IMG/VR virus record: IMGVR_UViG_3300038415_000014 | Span: 64,001-128,000 of that record | Strand: one strand, 5' to 3' | DNA length: 64,000 nucleotides | DNA from: a virus | In this document: positions 63,326 through 64,000 of the stretch, in pieces | How positions within the stretch are numbered: position 1 is the first letter of the stretch | How the letters are laid out: every line of letters begins with the position of its first letter | Translations under genes and position numbers: made by a program | The notes under the pieces: model-generated | Seen by the model: the letters and a program-made list of their open reading frames with translations, nothing else | Database searches by the model: none | What the model was told of the DNA's origin: nothing

Positions 63326-64000
63326 TAGAGGGTCTCCTGCTTCTTCTTACGCCCAGGTAGCTGAGCCCAAGCAGAGACGATGTCCTCAAGCAGCTGGTTC
63401 TGTTTGATGTCACCGTTCATAAATCCCTCCCAAGAACCACCCTTTTGCCTAAACACCAAACGGATTGACTCGAAGTCTAGGTCCTCTGTAACGAAATCCT
63501 CACCTAACAAGTGGTCCACTAACTGTCGGATGATTCGATGAGAGAAAATCAGAGGTGGATTTACCTCAGGGTCTAACCCAGCCGCCTTCTCATTGAACTT
63601 CTCGATTACAGTACCATCCTTCAAGTAGGCATCCTCAAGAGCTGGAACCAAGTATTGGCTCCTCAGCGTGGAAGCTTCGTGGCCCACAGCTTCAGCAGCT
63701 CCCTCAAGCGCCTTCTTGAACTCAGACTTCAGAATCTTGTCTTTCCCAGATCTGTCGCTAGGAAGCTTGGGACCCTTGGATCTGATAGCCCGAAGCCTCT
63801 CTTGCATCTCCCGATTAGCGTGTAGCCCTCGAAGGTCCTTCGCTGTAATATTGAATGAGCTCAAGTACTCATTGACTTCCTTTGAGCCAACGCCTTCGAA
63901 GAGCCCTCCAGTATCCTTCTCGACAGAGTCATAGGCAGCTTTGAGGGCGGGTAGGATCTTGGCATCGTCAACTACCTTCTCATGCTTGACACCGGACTTG
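63325..64000 (-). CDS. DNA topoisomerase IB catalytic domain, 5'-truncated by window edge
   Basis: The frame stays open upstream of the track start: KSGVKHEKVVDD...LF...VNEYL..FNITAKDLR...VGHEASTLRSQYL supplies the catalytic K, K/R, H and Y. Confidence 0.85.
   Translation of the reverse strand, partial: KSGVKHEKVVDDAKILPALKAAYDSVEKDTGGLFEGVGSKEVNEYLSSFNITAKDLRGLHANREMQERLRAIRSKGPKLPSDRSGKDKILKSEFKKALEGAAEAVGHEASTLRSQYLVPALEDAYLKDGTVIEKFNEKAAGLDPEVNPPLIFSHRIIRQLVDHLLGEDFVTEDLDFESIRLVFRQKGGSWEGFMNGDIKQNQLLEDIVSAWAQLPGRKKKQETL

Noticed and set aside
1-64000. Stop-codon reassignment (alternative genetic code)
   Set aside because: Genes are long, complete and tightly packed under the standard code, and all three stops are used as terminators.
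1-64000. tRNA/rRNA genes and terminase
   Set aside because: No cloverleaf, rRNA signature or terminase motifs were recognised by eye; intergenic gaps are short. A tRNAscan run would be needed to exclude tRNAs fully.

Overview
The window is the virion-morphogenesis module of a large (jumbo-type) contractile-tailed phage, about 50% GC by eye, standard genetic code and densely coding. All but one gene lie on the minus strand. Reading right to left: a type IB topoisomerase (cut by the window edge), three tandem paralogues of the capsid cement protein, portal, an intein-interrupted prohead protease, a Gln-rich scaffold, cement/decoration protein and major capsid protein. Then come HU, fibre/collagen-like and Ig-repeat proteins, neck/adaptor proteins, a Dps-like protein, an actin-fold ATPase and a tail terminator. 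The left end holds a very large (1535 aa) sheath, a UvrD helicase, tail tube, two chaperone-like genes, tape measure and baseplate genes. The only plus-strand gene is a 1322-aa protein with five tandem GT-A (GT2-like) glycosyltransferase domains, placed between Thr/Ser-rich Ig-repeat proteins and fibre genes. Free-standing nucleases of five or six families plus an intein-encoded LAGLIDADG punctuate the module. No tRNA, rRNA, CRISPR array or terminase was recognised. Best leads: (1) the five-domain glycosyltransferase as a possible virion-glycan assembly line; (2) an actin-like protein inside the neck/tail operon; (3) a recurrent [K/R]-x-A motif that may mark protease processing of capsid-internal cargo, including a helicase, a topoisomerase and a Dps. 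All functional calls come from motif recognition by eye; no searches were run.
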